64,000 nucleotides of DNA from Vitrella brassicaformis CCMP3155 (GCA_001179505.1 CDMY01000356.1:406539-470538), one strand, 5' to 3'; positions 11,301 through 25,093 are shown, counted from the stretch's first letter. The notes: generated from the sequence alone by a model not told the origin. Numbers and translations: made by a program.

Positions 11301-14300
11301 GTTCAACTTCTTCGATGGTGACAAACACGACATTGACCTCTCCGCACTGTCCACGTAGGCATCCACCCACCAAACCCAGCACGGAAAGACCGCCTGCTCG
11401 TTGTCCGTCTTTGGCCAGGGCTGGTTCTCGCAACATGTCGATCCTGTTTCTGCTTTTCTCGATGCTGGAGGGGCTGGCATCCTACGTCTGCCTGTGCTCG
11501 ACCCCCAGCAAGGACGACGACGGCGAGATAGAGGGCGGCAGGCACCCCCACGACCTGCGGCTGAGTGACCAGGACAAGGCGCAGCTGCTCAGCAAATGCC
11601 TTGACCTCCATGGCCAGCTCGTCAAGGTGACCGTCGAGGAAGCCAGGAACCAGAAACACTCGAAACAGGTCAGCAAGGGAGGGGAGTGACGGAGACACAC
11701 ACACGCCGTCTTAGTATCCACACACATCTCTCCTTGTGTCCGTGTAAACAGGCGTTGAGTCGATTGAGTGCGGTGCCGCCCAACGTGACGTGGCCCGCCC
11801 TGAGCCAGTTGATGTCGTGGGTGTCAGACTCACCCAAGCCGCCGGACGGAGGCGACGCTGCTGCTCAACTTGGCACTGCCGAGCAGCCGATGGACCTGGA
11901 CGACGGCGACGGCCCCGCGCAGCAGCAGGCGGACCACGATGACACGCTGCAGCGGCACCTGGCCAAGTCACATCACACCATACTCGCTCTGTGCCAGGTA
12001 GGTGGGAGGGGCAGAGCAAACCTCCACACAACACGCACCCACTACAGTATTGTCTGTCTGTCTGTCTGTTGCTGTCATTCGCGTCAGCGGGCTCTTGATG
12101 GTCTCGGCGCCACGCTGAGCGGCAGCACGTCCGTCGATGCGGTGCCCCATCTGTACCGGTCCACCATGTCCATCCGCCACATCACCGTCTGGTCCATACG
12201 CATCCTCTCACCCAAACTCGCCAAGGACACAACCAGCACCAAGGCAGCCGCCGCCACCAAGGGCGGCGAGCAACCCAACGGCAGCGACCATGAGGGTCAG
12301 GCGGTGGATGCAGACAACGATCAGCATGACGTCGATGACACCAACGGGTGGGAGGAGGACGCTGCCGTGACGCGCAACGTCACTCAGGCCTTCACGGTCA
12401 CGGGCGGGCAGTGGGCGCCCTCTGCCCTCAGACACTTCCCTGCCATCGCACAGTCGCTGGTGGCTCTGGCCAACACGTCCATGGCGGCCGACATCAAGCG
12501 CACCAAGAGGACGAAGATCCCCCCCAAGAAAGAGAAGCCCAAGGCCGCCAAAGACAAGAAGGGAGACAAGGGCGACAACAACAAGAAGAGCAAGAAGAAA
12601 TCCGACGACAGCGATGAGGACATGCGCGACTCAGACGACGACGATGATGATGACGACATGGATGACGACAGGCCCGCCGCCCCAACACCAGCAGCGAAGG
12701 GCAAGGCCAAGGCCAAGGGCAAAGCGAAGGCGAAGGCCAAGGGCAAGGCTGCGGCAGGCAGGCCCAAGAAGGAGCCGCAGAAGGCCGTGTTCCGGCCGCC
12801 GTCTTCATGGAGCATGGCGTTTGGGCTGCTACACGAGATGGCCGAGATGCTCTTCAACCAGATACTCAAGCACACCAGGGAGCAGCGGCAGCAGCAGCAG
12901 GACAAAGAGGATGGTGATCGTGATGCGGCGATGGACGTGGGTGGCGCTGGCGGGGAGGGGGAGGGGGAGGGCGGCAAGGCGGCCACCACCACCTGTGGTG
13001 GGGTCAGTCTGGGTGCCGAGACGCTGTATCGCGGCTATGCAATGACGATGGCGGCATTCGTCACGAGCGGCGCCGAGGAGAGGAGAAAGGAGCAGCTCAA
13101 CGAGATCCTGACACGTCTCGACATGGAGCACTTCCCCGGGTCTCCGCCCCCGAATTGGGATGAGCTCGACGCCCACCTGCCCATCAAGGACGCCACAGCC
13201 ATTCTCGACGTCGTCTGCCGATCCATCGAACGTACAGACACACACAGACACACACATACATACACATACAAATAAACATATGTACGTGTCCGTGTACATG
13301 TGTGTGGTGGATGCACATCTATGTATGCAGAGACCATCGAGGACCTCCTCACCCGCGGCCTGCCCTTCTTCGAGCTCATCCAGGCTCGCTGCGAACCCGC
13401 CGTGGCGGCCCGCCTGCCGTCCTTCGCCGAGGTCTCCAAGGCCGTCGAGCACCTGCTTGCCACCCTCGACACCACCAGTCGGCTCATGGCTGCCGCATGC
13501 ACCCAGCTGGAGTGCGACCCCAGCAAGGCCAGCAAGAAGAAGAAGAACAAGAAGGGGGGCAACGGCAGTGGTGGCGGTGAGGTGGACGAGTTGTCCGTGT
13601 ACGTGAGCCGCCGCGAGCGCTGGGTGCTGTCAGTGCTGAACCGTGGGAGGAAGTACGCCATGGACGAGCTGGTAGAGATGTCAAAGAGCGAGGATTTCGA
13701 CAAGCACGTGGCGGCGCTCAAGGGCGGGGTGCTCAAGGCCATGATGGAGCACCTCATGGCCGTGCAGGCGTGGAGGAGGGGCAACAAAGCCATCGAGACA
13801 CTCCAACTCATGGCTGGGGTACCCATCCCATCCACACATCCCCACAAACGCCCCTGCATCCATCCATCCATGTGTGTCTGTGTGTCTGTCTGTCTGCAGG
13901 AGATCCGCGATAGGGTGCTCGAGGCCGACGCGGCCAAGCGCAAGGCCAAGAAGGCCAAGAAGAAGAAAAAGAAGAAAAAGGACGACGACGCCGATGAGGA
14001 CGATGAGGATGAGCAAGATCAAGACGAGGAGGGAGAGGAGGACAACGATGACGACGACGAGGACATGGTCAAGCCCGAGCCGGTCGTCAAGCGAGAGGCC
14101 ACCATGGAGGAGAGCGGCGTTGGAGACGAGGACACCGTTGGTCAGGTGCGCTCAGCTCATGTCGCACGTGTACGTCAGATCCATGCCGACGTGTCTCCTC
14201 TCTCCCTCTCTTTCAGGTGCGGCGCGTTAGTCGTGACCGCGCCTCTGAGTACGGCCCCTTCGGCTTCACCGCAGACAACGCCAACCAGGGCATCAAAATC

Positions 14301-15499
14301 ATATGCACCATGCTCGCACAAGCCGTCAAGGAGTGAGTGAGGCAGAGGACAGACACACACACAAGGAGAGAGGGAGGGAGGGAGGGATGGAGGGAGGGAG
14401 AAGTGGGGATGTATGTGTCTCATCCATCCTCATTGACAGGTTTGAGTACGTGTGGGATCGCATGTGGAAGATCCGCGCTGCAGCGGTGAAGGAGAAGAAG
14501 GCAGGCGCCGAAAAGCGTCGGCGCGAGATCGAGTCGCTGTGGGAGGCCGGGTTCGGGCAGATGGAGCTCGTGTGCCTGTGCCTGCAGCACTGCATGGAGG
14601 TGCCGCGCCCGCAGCACCTCAAGGACGTCATGCAGTGCCTGCTCAAGCTGTTCAAGGTGAATTCCTTGAACCGTGTCTCCCACACACACACACACACATG
14701 GATGGATGGATGGATGTGTGTATGCAGCTGTTTAGCGAGAAGGTGTTGAAGCATCTGGTGTCGGTCAAGTACAAGGCGGCTGAGAGCAAGCTGGTGGACC
14801 TCGTCAAGAGGTTCTACGAGCTGCGCCAGCGGCAGCTGAACCTGCCGGGCGTCAAGACCAACAAGGAGCAGGCCAAGGCCACCAAGGGCAACACCAAAGC
14901 ACAGATGGACTACATCCCCAAGTGAGTAGACGAGGGAGGGAGGCAAACAACAAGGGAGACACTGTGTGGATGTTTATGCGCGTGTATGGTGTGGCCATGT
15001 CTGTCTGTCTGTCAGGGTGGATTACTACTTCGAGCGTGCCGAGTCGTATCTGTCGAAGCTGCCCGACGCCGCCCACGTGCTGCGCGAGGCCAAGGCCACA
15101 ATGAAGAGGTGGCGGAGCTTCGATATCAATTTTGACGCATTTCAGGTCGGCTGCCCCACCCAGACGTAGCGAGACATCCCATCCACTGGACGTATGTGTG
15201 TCGTATCGTTCCCCTCCCCCCCGCTGCATCAGGCGCCGAAGCCCGAGCCAGAGGAGGACATCATGATGGAAGACCAAGACCAAGACCAAGAGCAACAGCA
15301 GCCCGATGAAGACGAGGAGGAGGAGGATGCAGAGCCCCAGCCCAAGAAGAGCAAGAAGAAGAAGGACGCCGTTAGGGAGAAGAACGAGAAGGACAAGAAC
15401 AAGAAGAAGCGCAAGCGGCAGAGCAGCGAACAGGAGGACGAGGGCGAAGAGGACCAGCCAGACAACGGAGCCGACGAGGAGGAAGGGGAGGACGACTGA
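7571..15499 (+). CDS. FANCI: Fanconi anemia group I protein (multi-exon, alpha-solenoid)
   Basis: Segments resembling FANCI occur in the correct order: LGCEMVIKVFKRFVERRGAILSTLLPRV; ESLIIALRKSIMVTPLAPRLVATRGFIHLL (the LRK monoubiquitination motif); LFDECAGILVRAVRDDPTVQHDIYVGL; C-terminal YIPKVDYYFERAESYLSKL...MKRWRSFDI; then a K/E-rich tail. Stop TGA at 15497-15499. Confidence 0.8.
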
Positions 15500-16469
15500 G
15501 GGATGGATGGATGGATAGAGGCGAGACGGGCGGTGGGCCCACACAGCCGATCGCTGTAAGTGTGTGTGTATCTTTGTGTGTGTGCGTGTGCATTTCGGTG
15601 TGAGACTTCCTCTCTGTGCTCCTTTCCTTCTTGTGTCAATACGTGTCCCTCTCGCTCTCGCATCGTTAGTGAAACTGTGCACCCCACACCATGTCTTGGC
15701 ATTCAGCAAACGTCCTTACGCATGGCATACACGCATCGCATCGCATCATCCAACCCATGGACGTACGTCACATGTCTACCTTATCCCATTGTTCGCCGCT
15801 GCACTGCATGCGCCAGACAAAAAACTGCCTGGGCACACGGCCTACCTCCGCCCACTCACTGCCGCAGCTCTTTCCTGCCACGATGTTCCAGCTCAGACAG
15901 GCCACCCTCACGAGAAGCGGCCCACCTTGTGGCAAGTGGGCCGCTTGACCTAAGGGCCACCCGAGAGAGCGGTAGTCATCTTGACCGAAACGCCCCTCGG
16001 CAAGGCAAATGAAAACAGTGGATCAAGAAAACCACCCAGTCTCACAGCAGAGAAACACCCATCGACCCATCCACCCACAGGCCGCTGCTGAGGTACTATC
16101 AAGGCCTTTCTGCTCCTCTCACCCTCCTCTCCTCTCCTCCAAATGCATGTATGCCCTCTCCCTCGGACAGTCGTGTGCGGATGGGAAGAAGTCATGTCAT
16201 GTGGTGAAAAAACTTGGAACCAGGAATCAGCCAGGCAGGCCAGCAGCGTAGTGTGTGTCGTGTGTGCGATCAGGTGCGATGCGATGCGATAGACATGCAG
16301 GGAGGCAGGGAGGAAGGGAGGGAGAGAGGCTCACAGGCATGATGTGATGTACAGTACAACACGTACGTGTCCGTATTCTTCTGTCTGTCTGTCTGTCCAG
16401 CTAGCGAGAGAAACCAGCTGTCTGTTCATCGCCCCGCCCGCCCCGCCGCCAGGTCGATGTACGTATGTG

Positions 16470-16862
16470 TCAGAAGGTCCCCTTGTTCTCGGGGGCCTTG
16501 CCTCGGAGGGCGTGCACCTCCTCCCTAACACAACACACACAGCCAGACAGCCAAATGGGTGCATTCATGCGGGTTTGGGGCATTCGTTGCGTGTCTGCCT
16601 TAGTCACCTGAGTCTGTCAATCTCCTTAACGCTCGACTCTGCACACACACACACACGCACACACACACATGAGGGACAGGACGCAGCCAGTGCACCGATA
16701 GATCTATGTGGATCTGCCCCTCCCCCAGGCCTCACCTTTGAATGCGTAGTATTTCTTGTAGAGGAGTGAGACCTCCTTGTAGGCCATCTTGGCGATTTCC
16801 TTGGCGTCGAGCTTCTCCAGCTCCGCGTCGGTGAGGGGGGGCGTGTGCACAGTGTCGGTCAT
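16470..16862 (-). CDS. 70-aa coiled-coil microprotein of unknown function; 3 exons (16862-16736, 16638-16608, 16524-16470)
   Basis: ATG at 16862. Donors GTGAGG and GTGACT, acceptors TGCAG and GTTAG. Exons of 127+31+55 = 213 nt splice in frame to MTDTVHTPPLTDAELEKLDAKEIAKMAYKEVSLLYKKYYAFKESSVKEIDRLREEVHALRGKAPENKGTF*. Codon usage matches neighbouring genes. Confidence 0.75.
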
Positions 16863-17080
16863 GCTTCGTCCCGGGGGAGGTTGCTGCTGGTGTGACGAAA
16901 CGGGCGTCACTTCCGAGGCCTCAGATGGCGTGCGTAACAGGCGCTCAGAGGGATCTTGGTGCGCAATGGCTGCGGAGCTTCAGCTTGCATTTGGATGAAC
17001 GCTGCCCAATGAGAATCTTCCGCACACCCGTTTTCGGAGTGAGCCCTAACCGCTCACCGTCCTCACCAGCTGTCCTGGCC
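16863..17080. promoter_or_regulatory. Putative bidirectional promoter/5' UTR region between the microprotein and Amt
   Basis: Only 218 nt separate the two divergent start codons, and the stretch is free of microsatellites. Confidence 0.5.
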
Positions 17081-19228
17081 ATGTCTGAAACGATGGATCC
17101 ATCAGCCCTGATGGCTGAGATAGAAAGCCTCAAGACCAAGATGGCAGAGCAGGAGGAGCTCAACGCCGCCACCTTCGACACGCTGTAAGGAAGCCATCCC
17201 ATGTCCACAATGAGTCAACAATGCACCAGATCTGTGCTCGTGCGTGTGTGTGTGTGCTGCATGTGTGTCAGGTTCATCATTCTGTCGGCCATCATTATCT
17301 CCTTCATGCAGGGCGGCCTGGCGCTCCTCGAAGGTGTGCAGTGCACTCACACTAGGCGTTCACTGTGGACGTGTGTGCGTGTATGTGTGTGTGTGTTTGT
17401 TGGTCCTTGCTGTGCCCAGCTGGCATGGTCGCGTCCAAAAACGTGCAGCACATACTCATGAAGAGTCAGCAGCACACACTCGCACACACAAACACACACA
17501 CACACACGCACAGTGCATTTGCTGTCTGTCTGTCTGTCTGCGTATCTGCCCAGATCTGTTTGACGTGTGTTTCGGCACCATTGCCTTCTGGCTGGTTGGC
17601 TACGCCTTCGCCTTCGGTGACGACACGGGCATCGGATTCATTGGCATGAGCGAATTCGCTGGTCAGTCAGGCAGTAGCACTGACCACATATCTACCATAG
17701 GCTGTGTAGCGATGCGGTCCCCTGCTGCATATTTCTGTCTGCTATGCTTGTGTGTGTGGTTTGGTCTCCACCAGGCATCTGGCCGGACATCGTCAATCGG
17801 GACTGGTTCTTCCTGTGGACCTTCTGCACCGTCACGGCGTCCATCATTTCTGGCGCCTTAGCGGAGCGGACAGACTTCCGGGCGTATGCGTGGTTCGTGC
17901 TGGTGGAGTGCGCCATCGTGTTTCCCGTGCTGCTGCACTGGGGGTGGCATCCCGACGGCTGGCTGCTGCACCTCGACCCCATCTCGTACAAGGACTTCGC
18001 TGGCGCGGGGCTCGTCCACTTCCACTCAGGTACCTGAGCCTGCCTGCCTGCCTGCCTGTGCATCATGACAGACACATGTTGTTGACTGGGAGGATGGGTG
18101 TCTTTTCTGTCATTGATTTGATTGGTCTGGTGCCTTGCCTCAGGGACCATGGCTTTCATGGGCGCGTGGCTGGTCGGCCCCCGTCTCGGCCGCTTTGACC
18201 CTGCTGTCGATCAGTCCCGCTTCAAGCCGCACAACGTGCCGCTCTACATCTTGGGTGTGTTTGCCCTGTGGATGGGGTGGTACAGCTTCAACACCGGCAG
18301 CAACTTCGGCATCTCGCGCGGCGGCTACGAGGTTGTGTCAGTCATCGCCGCAAACACCACACTCAGCGGCACTCTCGGAGGTCCTCAGACCACCACCATT
18401 CACTCCACCCCATCACACACACGTCTCTCTCTCTCTCTGTGTGATGTTTGTCAGCTGTGACATGTTTTGTGATCGAGTCTTACCTGAACCGGAAGGAACT
18501 GACGTACGACCTCGAGGCGCTGGCCAACGGCGTGCTGTCGGGGCTGGTGGCCATCTGCGGCGGGTGCAACAGCATGTACCCTTGGGGCGCCGTGCTGACG
18601 GGCATTGGGGCGGGCATCTCTTTCATCCTCTTCAAGTACCTCTGCTTCTGGATCAAGGCAAGCCCGACACGGACGGATTAACCGCTGCAGCATGGCATAC
18701 GTGACCTACATATAAATTTGCAAATGGATGGTGTGTGTGGTTTATTTGCTAGGTGGATGACCCCCTCGGTGCGTCGGCGGTGCATGGCGCAGCGGGGTTC
18801 TGGGGCGTCTTCATGGCGGGACTGCTCAACAAGGAGACGGGCGGCATGCCCATGCAGGTGGCCGCGCAGTTCATCGGGCTGGCCTCCGTGCTGGCATGGT
18901 CCGTCTGCTGGTCGCTGGCAATCTGGCTGCCTTGCAAGTGGATGGGTACGCACAAACAAACGAGACACTAGGAGGCATCGAAGAAAGAATGGAATGGAAC
19001 CGCCGTCTGTCTGTCTCTGTGTGTGTGTGTGTGTCAGGCATCATGCGGTGTCCGCCTGAGGAGGAGGAGATCGGCCAGGACGTGCACCTGCATGGCGGCA
19101 GCGGCTACCGCTACCACATGGACGCGCTGCCCGGCGAGGTCATTGAGACCTGCAGCCCGAGAAATCTGGGCGTGGAGAACAAACTCACCGCCCCCAGCAG
19201 CGAGAACGGACACGAGGCAAAAGTCTGA
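17081..19228 (+). CDS. AMT: Ammonium transporter (Amt/Mep family), multi-exon
   Basis: Spliced motifs: MQGGLALLEAGMVASKNVQHILMKNLFD; SGALAERTDF; KDFAGAGLVH (His1); LWMGWYSFNTGS; ANGVLSGLVAI; DDPLGASAVHG (His2); EEEIGQDVHLHG. Stop TGA at 19226-19228. Confidence 0.95.
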
Positions 19229-20652
19229 GAGGACAGGAGAGGAGAGGAGGGAGAGACTGTCTGTCGTGCGGGCACACATGGATGGGATGCGCGGAGGATG
19301 GCTGTTCTGTTCTGTTCAGTTCTGTGTGCATAAGTGGCGTGGCTTGGTGGGGCGTTGGGGGCCGCGGAGGTCTTTTTGCCTTCCGCCCTCCCCCACCTCT
19401 CCTCTCCTCTCGTCTCTCGTCTCCTCTTGTCTCGTATCTCTTTATCGCTTTCAAGTACTGATCTTGATGCCTGGTTGCTCGTTCGTGCGTGTCTGTCTGT
19501 TTGTCTGTCTGTCTCGCTACTAATTGCCTGCCTGTCTGTCTGATTGATGGGCTCCCAATGAGGAGACCCACTCCCGCCTCTCTCTCTCTCTCTCTCTCTC
19601 CCCCACCCCCACCCCCTCGTCTGAGTGAGTGCGATGTCGCGTACATGTGTGTGTGTGTCGATTGCATGGCTGTCCAGCCCTCCCTCCCAGGGCTCCCTGG
19701 TTTTGCTATTTTGTGTGTGTCTGTACATGTATGTCATGTGCCGTCCGTGCCGTCAAGGTGTGTGTGGGTTGGGTCATGTAGAATAGGAAGGAATGGGGGC
19801 CTGTCGGTCGGTCGGTCGTGTGTGTGTTCGTTGGCTGTTTTGTTTTATCCATTAATCGTATGCTATGCTATGCAATGCTATGCTATGCGTGTGTCTTGTC
19901 GATCGGTCGGCTTGTCGTGCCTGCCTGCCTGCCTGGATGGATGGACACAGGCAGAGAGAGAGAGAAAGAGGGAGATGCGTACTCGCACAGATTAGGTAGG
20001 GGTGTCTGTCTGTCGGCTGTTTTAAGCCGTCGACGAGTGTAGAGGTGTCGGTCGCTTCATTCATGTGTGTACCTCGTCTGCAGTGTATAGAGGCTCTCCA
20101 GTGGTCCGTTCACACGGAGGGCGCGTGCAGCCGGCCCTGTCTGTCTGTCTGTCTCGTTGTCGCACTGCAGTGCACCGATGGCATCTCGCGCCACTCACTG
20201 AGTGAGCTGACTTCATGCCGTCTTGGGGTACGCTCGTGGATGGATGTGTACGTGTGACTTCATGCTGCTTCACACGCACGTATGGCTGTGTGTGGTATGC
20301 CGGGACACATTTCGTGAGCCGTTGCGGACGGACACGTTATAAATACAGCTAAGAGGTAGTTGCGATTAATTAGTTGGAAGGAAGCATGAGAAGTCCATAA
20401 ATTACTGCCTGCCTGCTTGCCTGGCTGGCTGCCTTGCGCGCTGTCCCGTCCGTCACCCACCCTAATGTGGTGTCTGTCTTTGTGGGCGAGGCCAGTCGCG
20501 GCTAGGAGGGCACACAGACGCAGACGCACCCATAGATATGATATGAACACACACCACACACACACTCCGAGCGAACGCTGACTGGTCGGTCGTCTCGTCT
20601 ACAACTATGAACACACATGTCTGTAAGCCGCCCTGATGGATGGATGGATGGA

Positions 20653-21412
20653 TCATTCGGTCTTCTTGGCCAGCCCCTCGGCTCGCCTTGCCCTGACCGT
20701 CTTGCTGTGCGATAAGACCTGGTTGCCCACAACCACCGCCACAAACGCTGCACTCACACACACATACACATTCACAAACACACCACAGAGAAAGTGTGTT
20801 GTGTGTGGCGTGTATGTTGGTTGGATTGGGTGTGTGGCTGTCTGTCTGTCTGTCTGTCTCACTGACTGAGGGGCACAAGTATCTTGACAAACGTGACGAT
20901 CGATTTCGTCAGCCAAAACCAAAACAGCAGACCCGCCTCAGACACCAACAACACCTGATGTGATGTGCATGGCATGGGATGCATGGGGCGCATCAATCAC
21001 ATCGATGAACACACAGAGCGAGAGGCATACCATGCGCACCCCCACTGGCCCACTGACAAGAAATACCCACCCCCCCCCCCACCTGGAAGAGCACTGCGTA
21101 GATGAAGTGTGTCGACTCGGTGGTCGGTTTTGGGAAGCAGGCCATGTTGGCGGGCACCCTGCCCCACGCCCACACCAGACCACCGACGGGCACCAACGTG
21201 CACAAAACCAACGCCACCAACGGGATCTGAACACACACACACACACACAGACACAGACGCAGATATGTACGTCGGCAGGTGTGTGTGTGTATGTGTGTGT
21301 GTGGTCTGTGTGTACCAGGGGGTTGGGTGAGGGTGGTGGTGGGTTGAATTGATGGTGGATGAGGGGACGGGCACGCCATGGCAGCTCGCTCTTCAACACA
21401 ATCTCCTACACA

Positions 21413-21448
<36 letters not shown>

Positions 21449-24400
21449 CACACAGAGAGATGCAGTGTGTGGGGTAGCCAACTAACCTCTGTGCCGTCAG
21501 GTTTGGGCACTGTGGCGGTCTTGAGCGGCGCAGAGAACTTAAAACGAACGCCCCCAAGACGCCTGACATTCACGGAATGATCCCACACATACTGGCCCGT
21601 CCGTCCATTTGGTGTGCACCCGCACCCCACCCCTAACTGACACACCAGTTGATGGACTCGTAGAGATTGGCATCGCCTGCACGGCCGAGACGGAGGGATT
21701 AGATAGGGGGGGAGAGGAGAGGAGAGGGGAGGACAACAAAGAGAGAGAGAGAGAGGCCCCCATGCCATGAGTGTGGCCGTCTCTCTGTGTGTGTGCCTCA
21801 CTCACTGACCGATGAGCATCTTGACATAGTAGACGCCATCCACAGCAGGCACCGGCCTCTGATGTTGGTTGACACACCATGCCATCCGCCCCCCTGTGTG
21901 CGTCGCATCGTGTGACCATACCTTATCGCCGTTGAGGTCGACAGTGAGTGTGAACCGCCCCGCCGCCCCCTTGTCCATCATCTGCTGACGGGGGCGGTAT
22001 ATCGGCAACGGAGTGTCTGCAGGGAGGGAAGGGACCAATGGCGGCCGAGGACACATGCCACATGCCACACGCACAACTCGGTCTGTGTGTGCCTCTCTCT
22101 CTCTGGCTCTGGCTCTTGCTCTGTATTCTCTCACCCTTTTGGTCTGGCTTGTTCAGCTCGAAGAGCAGCGCCACCTGATGGGGCGTCAGGGGCTCGCCTG
22201 TCAATGCGTCCTCCAGCTGCGCACACCGCACGCACACGCCGACAGACAGCTGAGTGAATGGTTAGTGTGTTTGTGTCGTGTCTGTCTGTCTGGGTTGGGT
22301 GTGGTGTGCTGACTCACTCACCGCAGCGGTGAAGGTGAGTGTCTGTGTGTCGTCGATGGCCACGATGGGCGTCAGGCTGTCCAGAGGGCTTGCAGGCAGC
22401 TCGCTCGTGCCCTTGCCGCCTTTGGCCTTGCTGGGAGCCTTGTACTCATACCTAATCCATCCATCCATCCATCCCATTCACAGCACAACACCGTCCACGA
22501 GGCTGCCTGCCATCTATATGCTGTCTGTCGTGTGTGTGGGCGTACAGCGCTGCTTTGGAAGCTGAGGAGGTGACGGTGAGCTTGCTGACGCGGACATTGG
22601 CGCGGGCAGACAGACTCCGCACCAAAGTGTACTCGGTCGACCCCTGCACACCACACCAAGCACACACACACACCGACATTCAGCCACAGACACAGCCACA
22701 GACACAGACACGTTTCGCTTCTCTCGCGTGTGTCGATCTATCTGTGTCTGTCTGACGGTGTCTGTCTGACCTTGTCGAGTGTGGGTACGGTGATGCCGAA
22801 CTTGACGGCGGGGTTTTTGCCGATGATCTCTGACGCCTTCTTGCCCTCGGCCGTCGGCACAGCCCCCTCATACACACAGCTGCCCGTGCGCTCAAGCGAC
22901 TGCAACCGTCACGTGACTGACGATGTTTCGGTTGGTTCGGTTTGTTTGTTGCCGTCTGTCTGTCTGTCTGTCTGTGTGTCTGTCTTACAATGGGCTGTTG
23001 CTGTGTGATGGGGGCGGGCAGCATGCGCACCGAGATGCCGCCCACCTCGGCCCCCAGCAATCCACACACTGACAGCTGCACACCACACACCGATACGATA
23101 TGGACATTCCTAATTTGATTCACACACGCCTTGCCTTGCTCCACCCTCCCAGCTCCCTCCCTGTTAGTATGTCACTGGCTGACCTTGATGTGTATGGTGT
23201 CGTCCTTGATGTCTTGGGCATGTGGCGGTGCGAACGACACCCCAGTGACCGTCTGCGTGTTGGCCGCCGCCTTCAGTGCCATGTAGGCGTGCCCGATGTC
23301 CGCTGACACGCGTGTGCCCCGGAGGAAGGCCACCAGGTAGTCCTGAAGATGAGATGCGCACGGCCCTCAACTCTCCCGGCTACGGGGGATGTGTGGATGC
23401 ATGTGTGTGTGCGTGTGAGAGGTGGTTGTGTGTCACGCCTCTCCGCCCACCAGGTCTTCGATGATGGCGGGAGGTATGGGGCCAGAGATGTGCATCTCAG
23501 GCGCCAGCCTGACCACACACACACACGAAAAAGGAGGACCAATGGGGCGTTGCTGGTGCCTGGGGGCCCGGCCTCACTTGAAGAACGCCTCGACGAGGAG
23601 AGCGGCCACCTTGATGTCGCTCATCCGCTTGTCAGCAGAGAAGGGCGAGGGGGCCGGCTGACACACACACAACACATATACACACACACATACACACACA
23701 TACCGGCTCAGACAGACACAGGTGCAACAACGAACTGTGTGCACTGCACTGCTGTGTGTGGCTGGCTCACGGCGGCGCTGGGGTCTTCCGCCTGTAGTGC
23801 CTTGGAGAGCACACTGGGGAGGTTCTTCAGCGACACACCGATGGACTCCCTGAATGGAATGGGGCAGCAGCAGAGGGAGGAAGATGGGCATACATACATA
23901 GACACCCACAGCAGTTGAAGCATATATGATATGTGTTGTGTTGTGTTGTGTTGTGTCGTGCTGCGCCGCACCTGTCAACGACGGGGAAGATGTTGGCGAG
24001 GATGGAGAAGCCCACAGCAGCCGACTCCTTGCCCGTCTGCGTCAGTCAGTCAGGGGAGACAAGGAAGGACAGGCTCGTTCATTCGTTCGTATGAACAACA
24101 ACGAAGCGTGTCGTGTCGTGGCATGCCAGCATACACACTTACATGCTCGTACAGCAGGTCCACCGTCAGGTCCCACACCGTCTTCCACTCTATCTCGCCC
24201 TTCCTCTACACACACACACACATCCACACCATCACCACACCATCACCACACCACACCACACCACACCACACCACCACATCACATCACATCACATCACCAC
24301 CCCGTCGGTGGCTGGCACCCCTCCCTAAACCAACACCCTCACTCACTCACCCCCGCGATGGCCAGTGGCGTGGCAGCGTAGAACAGCTCCGCTAGTGCCG

Positions 24401-25093
24401 ACACGGGCAGCGGCCCCTCCTTCTGCTGGCCCACCACCTTGAGCACGGCGTTCTCGAGCACCTTGATGACGGTCTTCTTGGGCTTCTTGCTGCACCCCGA
24501 CAGGTGAGCCGCTCCGATAGACAGATACAGGGCCTCGGACGAGGGGTCCGCGCCCTGCTGCGCTTGCAGGTAATCACAGATCTGCTCGACAGACAGACAG
24601 ACAGACAGAAGGAGAGACAGAAGGAGAGAGGCCGATGATGGATCGCTGGCTGGCTAAACACGCTCATGCGTAGACGCGGTGTGTGTGTGTGTGTGTTGTG
24701 CTGTGCACCTCTGTGCTGTCCTTCACGACCGCTGCGTACGAGTAGGCGTGACTGATGTTATCTGAATGAAGCGGGGACCGACCAGACAGTCACACAGGCA
24801 GACGAGATGCGTGCTGCCTGTGTGTCTGCGTCACGGCCTGCCTGGCCGCCTTGCTCACCGAATGCATTGTCGCTTCTCTTTGTCTCCTTGAGTGCCGCCG
24901 TGAGACGCTCCACATCGCCCTTGGTCAAGTATGAAGCAACTTGGCCCGACGCGCAGCAGGTCCAGCAAAGCCAGATTGTCAACACGCAGATCACCACGAG
25001 CGGCCTCCAGTCAGAGCATCGCCTCCGGCTGCTGCTGCTAGTGCTGCTGCTGCTGGTGCTGCAGGTGGTCACAGCTGCTGCCGCAGCCGTCAT
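20653..25093 (-). CDS. RPN2: Ribophorin II (oligosaccharyltransferase subunit delta/Swp1), multi-exon
   Basis: Hydrophobic signal followed by YLTKGDVERL, as at the start of mature ribophorin II; QLEDALTGEPLTPHQV; three C-terminal TM segments (IPLVALVLCTLVPVGGLVWAW..., AGLLFWFWLTKSIVTFVK...); ends ...AKKTE* with an ER-retrieval-like KK. Confidence 0.85.

Noticed and set aside
16470-16862. Microprotein as a GlnK/PII homolog because it sits beside Amt
   Set aside because: No T-loop or PII signature, too short, and predicted all-helical.
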